From: TPA_inf: Saccharomyces
Lineage: Eukaryota
NCBI GenBank assembly: GCA_000146045.2
Contig: BK006949.2
Location: 320,001-384,000 of the forward strand
Length of the DNA: 64,000 bases
Direction of reading: 5' to 3'
Below are positions 24,001 to 32,862 of the stretch, piece after piece. Position 1 is the first letter of the stretch, and the number at the start of each line of letters is the position of its first letter. Both the position numbers and the translations under genes were made by a program. Below the pieces are notes generated by a model, which saw only the letters and a list, made by a program, of their open reading frames with translations, ran no database searches and was not told the DNA's origin.

Positions 24001-24739
24001 AATTTATCCTGAACGTCACTTGTTCCCAGATAGTTTTTAGCAAACTCAAATCTTTGGTAATAAGAGAATCATTAGCAAATTGTAACGGCAAGATTCTAGT
24101 TTTCATAGTTGACATTTGCTGATTTGTGCCGACTTTTTTATCCAGTTTCTTTAAAATCTTACCAAAAGCTCTCTTATTTAGTTCAGCGTACCACTTTAAG
24201 TTTCTAAATTGTTTTCTTAACTCAGCTAAGATAGACTGAATTTCAATTAAGTCATCTTTATGGTAAGATAGACGGCTGGCTTGACTTGTTCCCTTTAAAA
24301 GCATATTCATCTCTCTCGTATCCTTTGTGAGTAAGGTTTGCGCTACTGCATCTTCTTTGTTGGCATCGACCACTAATGTTGATTTTATCTCATTGAATTG
24401 ATTAGAAGAAAGCAATCTCTCAAATCTTTTCTTATATTCCGCATACTGGGAATTGTAAAATGTATCAACCTTCTCAATATCCCTGTCAACTGCAAAGAAA
24501 AACGACGCCAATAACTTTTGGATTTTTGGAGAGTCCAAATAATTTTGAGCACTATTAGATGAATCTCTCATTTTTGTTGGTGGCCTGCCTTCATCATAGC
24601 TATTCTTGTTATGTGCCCTATATATGTCTTCTTGAAGTCTTGTAATTTCTTTAATCATTTTCTTCAACGACTTGTAGCCAACATATTGACTTGACCACTC
24701 TGGAATGCGATGATTGGCAAAGGTTTTTCCGAACTTCAT
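21068..24739 (-). CDS. GDE1: Glycerophosphocholine phosphodiesterase Gde1 (YPL110C), 1223 aa. Domains: SPX, ankyrin repeats, GDPD.
   Basis: 1223-aa ORF. It has an N-terminal SPX domain (MKFGKTFANHRIPEWSSQYVGYKSLKKMIKEI), central ankyrin repeats and a C-terminal GDPD domain (VIGHRGLGKN...VEFDVQLTKDNVPVVYHD). Confidence 0.9.
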   Translation of the reverse strand: MKFGKTFANHRIPEWSSQYVGYKSLKKMIKEITRLQEDIYRAHNKNSYDEGRPPTKMRDSSNSAQNYLDSPKIQKLLASFFFAVDRDIEKVDTFYNSQYAEYKKRFERLLSSNQFNEIKSTLVVDANKEDAVAQTLLTKDTREMNMLLKGTSQASRLSYHKDDLIEIQSILAELRKQFRNLKWYAELNKRAFGKILKKLDKKVGTNQQMSTMKTRILPLQFANDSLITKDLSLLKTIWEQVTFRINSYERVMRSTSPNANANDNTEFFKIICVFIEEDDSKGLIRELTNLYSELSLIPTRIMISVLNKAALSKSLACIDAILKVIPSLNDSEDINRRNFFHHHIIAIGKLIRKQEILSRKKKSQPSKYTNSEGEIVTDLRTLHTTLSAPAESDSITEEEKSSACTLSYILEELPIHLRPCLFQHDNYKRTPLHYSCQYGLSEVTKLIIKLMKEWNIWNEIPIDDVSAFGDAESLTPLHLCVLGAHPKTTEVLLQSLDPNVKLKSSSLLHLATEWNNYPLLHVLLSSKRFDINYQDNELHETPLYLACRLNFFEAAVCLLYNGADLEIREKLFGWTAIFVAAAEGFTDIVKLLIANNANFDIEDEGGWTPMEHAVLRGHLHIADMVQIRDELVTHPHSQLNSGSEEKEPLNEISAGELNERNENGNGGNKGSLGKLAGPIKSYGHRFLDNNESLILITLGSNDTRNKSPSISLSSEALAKVIGLETDCALSLVISCNDSIDKSSVILDLPLDDNVDAVDFKVPFKVDYSHTLYFDIVPTYGTRSLETHNRIDCQKNNNNYVMARGVSMLNKSYSSVGVNRSILNGSVTVPIIANHTLEILGTLKFEYIIITPFEHPQLPLERTETYWKSLVSTRVIGHRGLGKNNPNKSLQIGENTVESFIMAASLGASYVEFDVQLTKDNVPVVYHDFLVAETGVDIPMHELTLEQFLDLNNADKEHIQRGAGHSPHHVNGADTALQKYRGRSVDDSDVSTLRRAWDLHDNDPNGKSNNAHWSDNRMRLTKTFKKNNFKGNARGHSIASSFVTLKELFKKIPANVGFNIECKFPMLDEAEEEELGQIMMEMNHWVDTVLKVVFDNANGRDIIFSSFHPDICIMLSLKQPVIPILFLTEGGSEQMADLRASSLQNGIRFAKKWNLLGIVSAAAPILKAPRLVQVVKSNGLVCVTYGVDNNDPENASIQIEAGVDAVIVDSVLAIRRGLTKKNEK

Positions 24740-25218
24740 TGATTATATTGTTTGATTATATAAAGACCTTACAGTTTCAGTAGTTTGTCACCTTAGTTGG
24801 AGATAGTGGCTATTTTTGTGTAATTTGATGAGGGTTCCCTTCTTAGTTGGGTTTAAATTTTTTGCTACCGTTGCCTTATTGTTCAATGAAGCACTAATTG
24901 CAAAACTTAAACTCTTTAATAGTCTCACTTTGTAAGACAATAATTTATTTTTTACTTCTGTCAGCCAACGCTCTCTTTTTAATATAATGTGCACGTTCTA
25001 AAAATAATTCTCTTATTCAGTTGGCGCTATTAAGTGAATTAGAAACGTTTTGACGAAATTTACTATTAAAAGAACACTACGAGTCGATAATGACAGCACT
25101 GGTCTAAATTTCAGCTAGAGCAACAGCAAATTATTATTTGTCACTTAAATAAACTTGGTCGTTTTTTTGGAGAGCTAATATGTTGGGACAGCGTGTGTAA
25201 CATTGCTCCACCTGCGAA

Positions 25219-25224
25219 CACGTG
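25219..25224. promoter_or_regulatory. CACGTG E-box (Pho4/Cbf1 type) in the GDE1 upstream region
   Basis: GAACACGTGGAAG lies about 480 bp upstream of the GDE1 ATG. GDE1 is phosphate-starvation induced and carries an SPX domain. The site also lies in the 3' flank of YPL109C. Confidence 0.4.
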
Positions 25225-25556
25225 GAAGTCGCAATTATAAAAGATGCATAAAAAGAAAGAATATTAATAATTAGGACACAATTGATCAGTCCTGACAAGA
25301 TCGTATATTTGCTTCATCGAGAGATGCATTAATTGACGCACTTCTAAACCAACCCATATCTTGAGCATTGATAATGTGCTTGCATCTTTCAAGAGACTTT
25401 TGGCTTCCCGCTTAAACCCGAATTCACGTAATATAGGCAGCGAACTGTTTACGAAGAGAAGTTACAAGATGTGGGTATTTTTGTTAGTAAAAGAATTTCT
25501 TTAGTAGCAATAAAAAGCAAAAAAAAGCAATAGAAAAGGGTTTTAAAAAATTGATG

Positions 25557-27389
25557 TTATTCTTTAAAACCGTTAATCCATGCGTAAAATACGAACCTTT
25601 CAAATAAGTCCAAGTTTGGATCTAACTGGCGTCCAATACCCTCTAGAAGTAAAATAGCGACCACCACGGAAACAAAGTCGGACTCCATTCTAACATGGTG
25701 CGACCTTACCATACTAAGCATTTGATCGAGTAAATCGCCAATTGAGACGGTTCCCAATGTAAATGTTCTTTGTTTAACTTTATCCACTAGCTTTTCTACC
25801 TTAAACGCAAATACTTCCTTATCAATAGCTGTTTCTGGAGTTCTTGATCTCTCAATCATCAACTCACCAGCTCTATAACCATCAAATCGGGCCAATGCGT
25901 TGAATAGAGCTATGAAATTAATTCTGTTTTTTTCATTCAATTCTGTAATTATTCCTGTATCGATAAAACAAATTTGGGGAGTGTAATTAGTTAATACAGA
26001 CTTCAGTTTTCCAACAAAGTCCTGATCTTGGTCCTCCTCTATCTTCTTCCTCAGGTCGTGCGTTATTCTGTACGATTCAAGTTCGGAGGATATAATGTTT
26101 GTGCCGTATTTGTTCGTCTTCACAAATCTGATTATAACATTGCCTGGATGCAAATCAGCATGAACAAAATCATCAAGAATTAGCATTTGTAGAAACGCGT
26201 CAACGAAGGGATCACTGACTTTTTTACAAAGTTCAACGTCGTTAATTTGCTTCTTCGTAGATAAAAACTTTTCCATGGAAAGACCATATACATGCTCTTC
26301 GAACATAACATCCCTATTTGACAAGGGGAGAAATGGTTTAGGAAATTTCACCTGAATAGAATTTTTAAAGTTCTCATTGAATCTTTCCAGGTTTAACGCC
26401 TCAATTCTTAGATCCAACTGAATATTCATTAATATGGAAAACTGATCGACTTCGCTGGGTAAAGACAGCCATTCCATAGTCGGAATCCAATTTATTGCGT
26501 CAGCACAGAATTTCATTATTTTCAAATCTCTCCGGATCTGAGATCTTACATTTGGATGCAAGATCTTGATGGCACACCAACGATTTCCATCCTTACCAAT
26601 TTGTATATTGTCATATTTATCGATGTACTTTTGGGATAGTTCACCCACGTAAACTTGTGCGATGGACCCAACTCCAATTGGTGTTCGATTAAATTCATCA
26701 AAAGCATCTTCGATCTTGTCAACCTTTAATGCTTGAGAAAGTTTTTCCAGAGTAAAGCTTAGAGAGTGAGCTGTAACGTTACTATGCAATTTACCCAACT
26801 CATGACACAGTGCGTGAGAGAATATATCGGTTCTCGATCCTGCCCATTGTCCGAGTTTAATGAAACTCGGGCCAGCCAATTCCAATGCTTTACGCAGTAG
26901 TTGACACCAAATCAATGAACCTCGAGTTTCAGTTATATTGGTGTCCGTAATTTTGAGTTTATGACCAAACCATGATATGGGGTATAATAGGAGAAGAGGT
27001 AAAAAAATAGCTGAAATTTCTAAAAACCTTAAAATCGTGCATACAGGCTCAACAATATTATCATTAAAACCGAACCAAAAGATTCTTAGATATCTTATTA
27101 ATTTATTTCGTGATTCAGTGATCTTAGCAGACCTGAAAGATTTAAGCTTTTCCTGCAATTCGTTTTCTGAGGAAACGTAGAGGCCCATTTCAAAAGTATC
27201 ACCTTTGGGATCCGGTTTTAGAGAATCATTGTATATCAAACAATTTTGTTTTGGAAACGAATTTTGTGTCAAATAAAAAGCAATTGACGTAGGTATTATG
27301 AACTGTCTTATAGGTATTTTATGAAAATGCCGTGTGGACTTGCTATAGTATCGCCAAGAGTTTCTATAAGCGAACTTTAAAAATGACAT
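25557..27389 (-). CDS. CQD1: UbiB/ABC1-family atypical kinase-like mitochondrial protein (YPL109C, I believe = CQD1). The ORF is 610 aa as seen here.
   Basis: 610-aa continuous ORF. It has an MTS-like basic amphipathic N-terminus (MSFLKFAYRNSWRYYSKSTRHFHKIPIRQF) and an ABC1/UbiB domain (KLGQWAGSRTDIF, AIKILHPNV, HADLHPGN). S288C annotation reports an intron for this gene. I could not locate a convincing splice junction in the sequence, so the 5' end is uncertain. Confidence 0.75.
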   Translation of the reverse strand: MSFLKFAYRNSWRYYSKSTRHFHKIPIRQFIIPTSIAFYLTQNSFPKQNCLIYNDSLKPDPKGDTFEMGLYVSSENELQEKLKSFRSAKITESRNKLIRYLRIFWFGFNDNIVEPVCTILRFLEISAIFLPLLLLYPISWFGHKLKITDTNITETRGSLIWCQLLRKALELAGPSFIKLGQWAGSRTDIFSHALCHELGKLHSNVTAHSLSFTLEKLSQALKVDKIEDAFDEFNRTPIGVGSIAQVYVGELSQKYIDKYDNIQIGKDGNRWCAIKILHPNVRSQIRRDLKIMKFCADAINWIPTMEWLSLPSEVDQFSILMNIQLDLRIEALNLERFNENFKNSIQVKFPKPFLPLSNRDVMFEEHVYGLSMEKFLSTKKQINDVELCKKVSDPFVDAFLQMLILDDFVHADLHPGNVIIRFVKTNKYGTNIISSELESYRITHDLRKKIEEDQDQDFVGKLKSVLTNYTPQICFIDTGIITELNEKNRINFIALFNALARFDGYRAGELMIERSRTPETAIDKEVFAFKVEKLVDKVKQRTFTLGTVSIGDLLDQMLSMVRSHHVRMESDFVSVVVAILLLEGIGRQLDPNLDLFERFVFYAWINGFKE

Positions 27390-28445
27390 TGCCCAGATGG
27401 TTCTGATGTTCTTTATCTCTATTCTGTGAGGGTTTGATATTGATGAGTAGGTAGAAGATATGGTATAAGGTATTTTCTATAACATCAAACATCTTTTCTT
27501 TTTCATCAAATGAGTGAAAAGGTATTATTGCCCCTCATATATTCGGGGTTATTTATTTTTCGTTGCTTGAAGTAAAGCCTTTAATACACACTTAGTATTT
27601 AAACACTTAAGATTTACGAATCACAGATTCTAAATTTGTATTTAATAAATTGATTCTAAGTACAGGAAGTATCAAGGGGGGGGGTTGACAGATAGAATCA
27701 CACCTTGATTAATTTAGTTCCTGATGAACAAGCCAACTTGACCAATCAAACCCTTTCGCGGCACTTTTTCTCTTAGCTCTGCTTGATACATCGACTGGGA
27801 ACTTCTTCTCTTTGAGCCAACTAACCTCAATCCCTTAAAGATTTTGTAAACCGCAGAAACACCTGGTTGTTTTCGCTTGTTGGCAAAGGTTAATAACACA
27901 GTAACTTTCAATCTTGTTCCGAAGTGCAGAGTGCAGTTCCCTGTGTGTTCAAGTGACATACGGCATTTGAATACACTACACTTATCGTCATGTCAAAACA
28001 AGTGTTATAGAAGCAGCGTTAATATAATATTAGTACCTGTACAGTTTTAAACTCAATTGAGTGCAAAGATCTGATGCATCCCATTTTAGTTTCTCATAAA
28101 TTATTGCTTTGGTTCATAGTTCAATTGTAAGCATTATTAAAACAACTGCTTCTATTTAGACAATACAAGAACGCGATCTTTCCAGTAACTGCCTAATCTG
28201 AAATTATGTTTTTCAGTTGCGCCTGTGGCCTACACAACTTGCATAATAAGCAGTTAAAAATAACTCCTAATCTTACTAATCTTGTCGAACTAGACTAGCT
28301 GTAATGATCTGTCATATATAAGTTAATATTCAACATCGACTGTAATTGTCAATTCAATCTTGACAGCAACGATTGAAGTCATCGCCTCGCCGTAATTGAA
28401 AAAAAAATGTAAGATGAATAACAGCTAAGAAAGATAATAATTTTT

Positions 28446-28952
28446 ATGAAAGAAGCATCTGATAGAGAAGAAGCACCAAAAATGGTGGAAAAAAACTATA
28501 GTACAGGTTTTAGGAAAGCCCACGGAGAGAAGGATCAATCAGTGACTAAGCCAATCTCGTTAGATGGTAGAACAGGTGAAGTAATTGTTAGAAAATCCAC
28601 CGGGAAAACTAAAATACGTAAAGGTCAAACGGAAGAAGAGTATACACAGCAATTGCAGCACTACTTCGAAGTAGAACAAGGCCCTGTGCGGACAAAGGTA
28701 GGATGGATGGATGAGGTAGATCCCTTGGTTGAGATCCGGGAAGGCAAGTACGATATCTCCAATAAGCATCAGCGACAGGTGCTTAGTGGTTTCTGCCATC
28801 GTTTATTTTACCAATGTAAGTACAAGGAGTGTCTGGATCTCAGCACCTATTTTCTGGGGCTCTTTGAACCGTTCAACGTGAAGAATAAAATGAAGAGGGA
28901 GCTTGAAGAGTTGGAATATATGATCGAGCGATGTCGTGGGCATGTATTATAA
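28446..28952 (+). CDS. Uncharacterized protein YPL108W, 168 aa
   Basis: 168-aa ORF from a true ATG at 28446. The position, between YPL109C and YPL107W, matches YPL108W. Confidence 0.6.
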   Translation: MKEASDREEAPKMVEKNYSTGFRKAHGEKDQSVTKPISLDGRTGEVIVRKSTGKTKIRKGQTEEEYTQQLQHYFEVEQGPVRTKVGWMDEVDPLVEIREGKYDISNKHQRQVLSGFCHRLFYQCKYKECLDLSTYFLGLFEPFNVKNKMKRELEELEYMIERCRGHVL

Positions 28953-29118
28953 GCCCGAATCAGATACTCAAATTTGAAAAAAGATATCTTTCTCCTCCGA
29001 CATGGCCGAACTCATTTACATAAATAGCATAAATTAAACAGAATAATAATACGTAAATTACAACAGTCAGAGGGTGCATGAAACCGTCATTAGATAGAGA
29101 CGTGATCAAAAGTAGAAA

Positions 29119-29865
29119 ATGATAAGAAATCAGGGATGGTCATTACTTTACAGAATTTATCCGGTGCGGAGGTTCACAAGATACTCCAGAGTAGATATGA
29201 CTTTTGAAGGAAACACTCAAGATATCTCTACTTCTGTCGAAGAAAGAATGACCACTGTTTTTGGAGGACGCTTAAAGGGTGAACCACCAAGATCCACAAG
29301 TAGAGTGCTTAGCGGCGGAACGAAGAAAATAGCAGGTGTCCAAGTGCCTGCAAAACCACAAGAACCCGATAACTGTTGCATGTCAGGTTGCGTTAACTGT
29401 GTCTGGGAGATATATAGCGAGGATTTAAGAGACTGGAAACATAGAAGGAAAGAGGCTGCGGAAAAGATCGCAGGAACTAAGGAGAAGTGGCCTAAAGACT
29501 GGAATCCACCTTTGGGATTGTTACATATGGAAAATGTCCCTGTTGAGTTACGTGAAAAGAAGCTGGAAACCGATAGCAAAAAAGCAGAACAACCTCATGA
29601 TTTATCTGCTATCAGAAGTTTGTTCCCTAAAAGAAAAGGGCCTCTGCCCAAGAGTGTATTGGCAGCCAAGAGGAAAAATATTGCTTTGAGACACAATTAC
29701 GAACAGAAAGATGGAGGAGACCAATCAGTCAGTGAATCAGATGCTGATGAAGGCTGGGAAGATATTCCTGTCTACGTTAAAGCCTTTGCAGAGTTTGAAT
29801 CAAAGAAAAGATTACAAAAAATTCGCCGACAGGAAGAAATAAAAAAGAGGACAGCTTTGGTTTGA
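29119..29865 (+). CDS. Mitochondrial protein with an oxidoreductase-like domain (YPL107W), 248 aa
   Basis: 248-aa ORF with an MTS-like N-terminus and the conserved motif CCMSGCVNCVWEIY. Confidence 0.7.
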   Translation: MIRNQGWSLLYRIYPVRRFTRYSRVDMTFEGNTQDISTSVEERMTTVFGGRLKGEPPRSTSRVLSGGTKKIAGVQVPAKPQEPDNCCMSGCVNCVWEIYSEDLRDWKHRRKEAAEKIAGTKEKWPKDWNPPLGLLHMENVPVELREKKLETDSKKAEQPHDLSAIRSLFPKRKGPLPKSVLAAKRKNIALRHNYEQKDGGDQSVSESDADEGWEDIPVYVKAFAEFESKKRLQKIRRQEEIKKRTALV

Positions 29866-30193
29866 AGCAAATATATATTATTGAAAAGCCTATGTACAAT
29901 ATTTGCGGTCTTCTTTGATCTTGGTAGACTTTATGGATGGAGAATAATAAACATACATATATTTCACTTAGAGGGTTTAGGAGACTAATGCGTGAATACG
30001 CGCTGGCATGTCCCCATTCATGCATACATATATTCGTAAACATACACATATTCATAAAAATTTTCAGTTATATTATATTATAATCTTTTTTTAACTATAC
30101 AGAGAAGATATTAAAAAAAATGTATCCAAAGTGAGTTAAAAAAATCGGAAAAAACAATAAAGATCCTTTTCTAGTTACTTTGCTGCATTAACA

Positions 30194-32275
30194 TTAGTCC
30201 ATGTCAACATCACCTTCAGTGTCCTTCTTTTCTTCCTTCTTTTCAGCTTCTGCCTTTCTTTGAGCAGCCAACTTTTCAGCCATAGCAGCCATTTGGGATG
30301 CTTCTTGCTTAGATCTTATAGCTTGCTTCTTTTCTTCTTCTTTAGCCAAGTATCTACCTCTAATAATGTTACCTAGAGAAGCCAATTCTTCGTATTTGGC
30401 AATGTACTTAGCTTTGATGGAATCGAAACCTTCATCGTATAACCACTCTTCGGCCTTGTTTAACATACCTTGTAACTTCGTCTTTTCAGCATCGGAAGCA
30501 AATGGAGCATACTCTTCTTCCAACTTACCACGCAATGTGTAGATGTACTCTTCAAGAGTGTTCTTACGGTCTTCTGTCTCAGCAACTAGCTTATCTTGAG
30601 CAAGCATTTCATTTTCTTTTTCAATTAATTCATTCAACTTTTTAGCGTCTAGGCCAAAGGTGTGTGCAACGATGGTTAAGTCATCCTTCTTTACAGTTTT
30701 AGTAACCTTCTTAAATTCTTGCTCAGCATCTTCTGGAGCATCTTCTGGTAATGGAATAGGTTCTTCAACTTCAATATCTTCAATAGTGTAAGCCTCTTCA
30801 ATTGTGTGTAAACCAGAGGGGTCGCATCTCAACTTTAACTTAACAGGAACAGAGTCTTGACCTTCTGGTAATTGAACACCAGTGATCTCCCAGTTAGCGA
30901 TTTGTTCTGGAGTGTTTGGTGGTAACTGTGTGATGTCAGTGTAGCTAGCAGCCATTGAAAAGTCACCCGTACGGTTCAAAGTGATCAATTTAGTAGATGG
31001 GAAGGATGAACCAGCTGGGAAAACTTCCATGTGGTCTTCGTCCTCAACTTGCTTGTCCCAAGAGTAAGAGACAGAGTAAGGATGGATATCCTCAAACTTG
31101 AATGGTCTAACTCTTAGAGTTGGAGAGTGAATGGCGCAAATAAAGGCGGCACCCTTGGCGATGGCTTCATCTTGGTTCAAAGTGGTGGACAATGGCTTGC
31201 CGAAGGCTTCAGAAATGGATTGTTTCAATGTTGGGATACGAGTAGTACCACCAATAATTTCAACAAAATCAACTTCTTCAGCAGATAATTTGGCTTGAGC
31301 TAAAGCTTTGGTAACTGGTTCAGTAACACGTTCCAACAATGGCTTGACCAATTCTTCTAATTCTTCACGAGATAATTGAGAGGAAACATCAACGTCGTTC
31401 ATGACGGATTCAACAGAGAATGGGGCATTAGTATTAGCAGACAAAACTTTCTTCAACTTTTCAGCAGCAGTTAGAATTCTGTTGTAAGCCTTTGGATTTT
31501 CTCTGATGTCAATCTTGTATTTAGTTTTGAACTCATCGGCGAAATGTTCTGTTATAGCCAAATCGAAGTCCCTACCACCAAAATGCTTGTCGCAGGCAGT
31601 TCCTAAGACTTTCAATTGACCCTTCTTGAAGGCCATGATAGAACAGGTGTAGGAAGAGTGACCAATATCAACAAAGGCAACAATTCTTGGCTTTTCTTCG
31701 CCTTCAGGCAAATCAGTCTTGAAGATACCGTAAGAAACACCGGCAGCAGTAACGTCGTTGACAATTCTAACAGGGTTCAAACCAGCAATTCTAGCAGCAT
31801 CAGCAATGTTGTAACGTTGTTCTTCGGTGTACCAAGGTGGGACAGCAATACAAACATCGGTAATATTTGCCTTTGTGTCCTGCTTGACGGTGTCCTTGAC
31901 TTTGTCGATGAACATGGCAGCTAGTTGAGTAGCTGAAAAAACATGTTTCTCACCAGCGAATCTAACTTCGGCACCAGTCTTCTTGTCATCCAATTCAACC
32001 AACTTAGAGGTGAAGTGCTTAGATTCTTGCTCGAAATCTGGATGGTGGTAATCCAAACCAATAATTCTTTTCAAGTTGGCGACAGTGTTCTTGATGTTGG
32101 AAGTCTGCTTGTTCTTACCAGTTTCACCCAAGTATCTGTTCTTTGGACCAAAACCAACAACAGATGGGGTGGAACGGTTAGAGACTTCATTAACGACAAT
32201 GTCGATACCTCTGTTTCTAGCAACGGCAAGGACAGAGTTATTGTTACCTAAATCTAAACCAAATGGAGTACTCAT
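30194..32275 (-). CDS. SSE1: Hsp110 nucleotide-exchange factor Sse1 (YPL106C), 693 aa
   Basis: 693-aa ORF ([37 protein letters not shown]). It has an Hsp70-superfamily NBD plus an extended SBD and an acidic C-terminus. There is very high codon bias, as expected for a highly expressed gene. Confidence 0.95.
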   Translation of the reverse strand: MSTPFGLDLGNNNSVLAVARNRGIDIVVNEVSNRSTPSVVGFGPKNRYLGETGKNKQTSNIKNTVANLKRIIGLDYHHPDFEQESKHFTSKLVELDDKKTGAEVRFAGEKHVFSATQLAAMFIDKVKDTVKQDTKANITDVCIAVPPWYTEEQRYNIADAARIAGLNPVRIVNDVTAAGVSYGIFKTDLPEGEEKPRIVAFVDIGHSSYTCSIMAFKKGQLKVLGTACDKHFGGRDFDLAITEHFADEFKTKYKIDIRENPKAYNRILTAAEKLKKVLSANTNAPFSVESVMNDVDVSSQLSREELEELVKPLLERVTEPVTKALAQAKLSAEEVDFVEIIGGTTRIPTLKQSISEAFGKPLSTTLNQDEAIAKGAAFICAIHSPTLRVRPFKFEDIHPYSVSYSWDKQVEDEDHMEVFPAGSSFPSTKLITLNRTGDFSMAASYTDITQLPPNTPEQIANWEITGVQLPEGQDSVPVKLKLRCDPSGLHTIEEAYTIEDIEVEEPIPLPEDAPEDAEQEFKKVTKTVKKDDLTIVAHTFGLDAKKLNELIEKENEMLAQDKLVAETEDRKNTLEEYIYTLRGKLEEEYAPFASDAEKTKLQGMLNKAEEWLYDEGFDSIKAKYIAKYEELASLGNIIRGRYLAKEEEKKQAIRSKQEASQMAAMAEKLAAQRKAEAEKKEEKKDTEGDVDMD

Positions 32276-32447
32276 CTTTTAAAGAAATGTTGTTTGTCAA
32301 TGTACTTTTTGCTTATGGCTATCGAGGTTAAAAATAAGAATCAGAACTAACTGAGTTATAAGAAGAAAAATCAAGACAGAGGGAGTTTAAAATGGACAGT
32401 AACTTTTATCACTAAGGTTATATTGACAAGTAGTGCTCTTTGGAAAA

Positions 32448-32463
32448 GGAATCTTCTAGAATC
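32448..32463. promoter_or_regulatory. Heat-shock element (3 inverted nGAAn units) upstream of SSE1
   Basis: GGAATCTTCTAGAATC = GAAnnTTCnnGAA. It lies about 175-190 bp upstream of the SSE1 ATG at 32275. SSE1 is an Hsf1 target. Confidence 0.7.
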
Positions 32464-32862
32464 ATCTTCGTTAAATTTCTTTTTTCATTGCCTTCGAAAA
32501 AAAAAAAGAAAAAAAGAAAAGAAATACACGTAACAAATGATTATGCGCTCAACCAACTTAAACACTTCTCATCTCCATTAAGAACCTTCAAACAGACGAT
32601 AGATTCGCTAAATGATACGTTCTGCAATTTGAAAAATGTGCTTACCTTTCTCAATTCATGTGGCTTCAAACATTTAATCGATATACTAGCTATAGGTAGT
32701 TTGCACACGCTAACATATTATTGTAGCGTTCTTAGTACTGTTATTAGTTATCAAGATATTTAATTTCAATTAATTATACAAATAGATGGGAGTTATACTA
32801 GTTAATACATTGAATAGAAGATATACACGCGTAGTAAACAACTACTATGGAACAAAAAGGCT

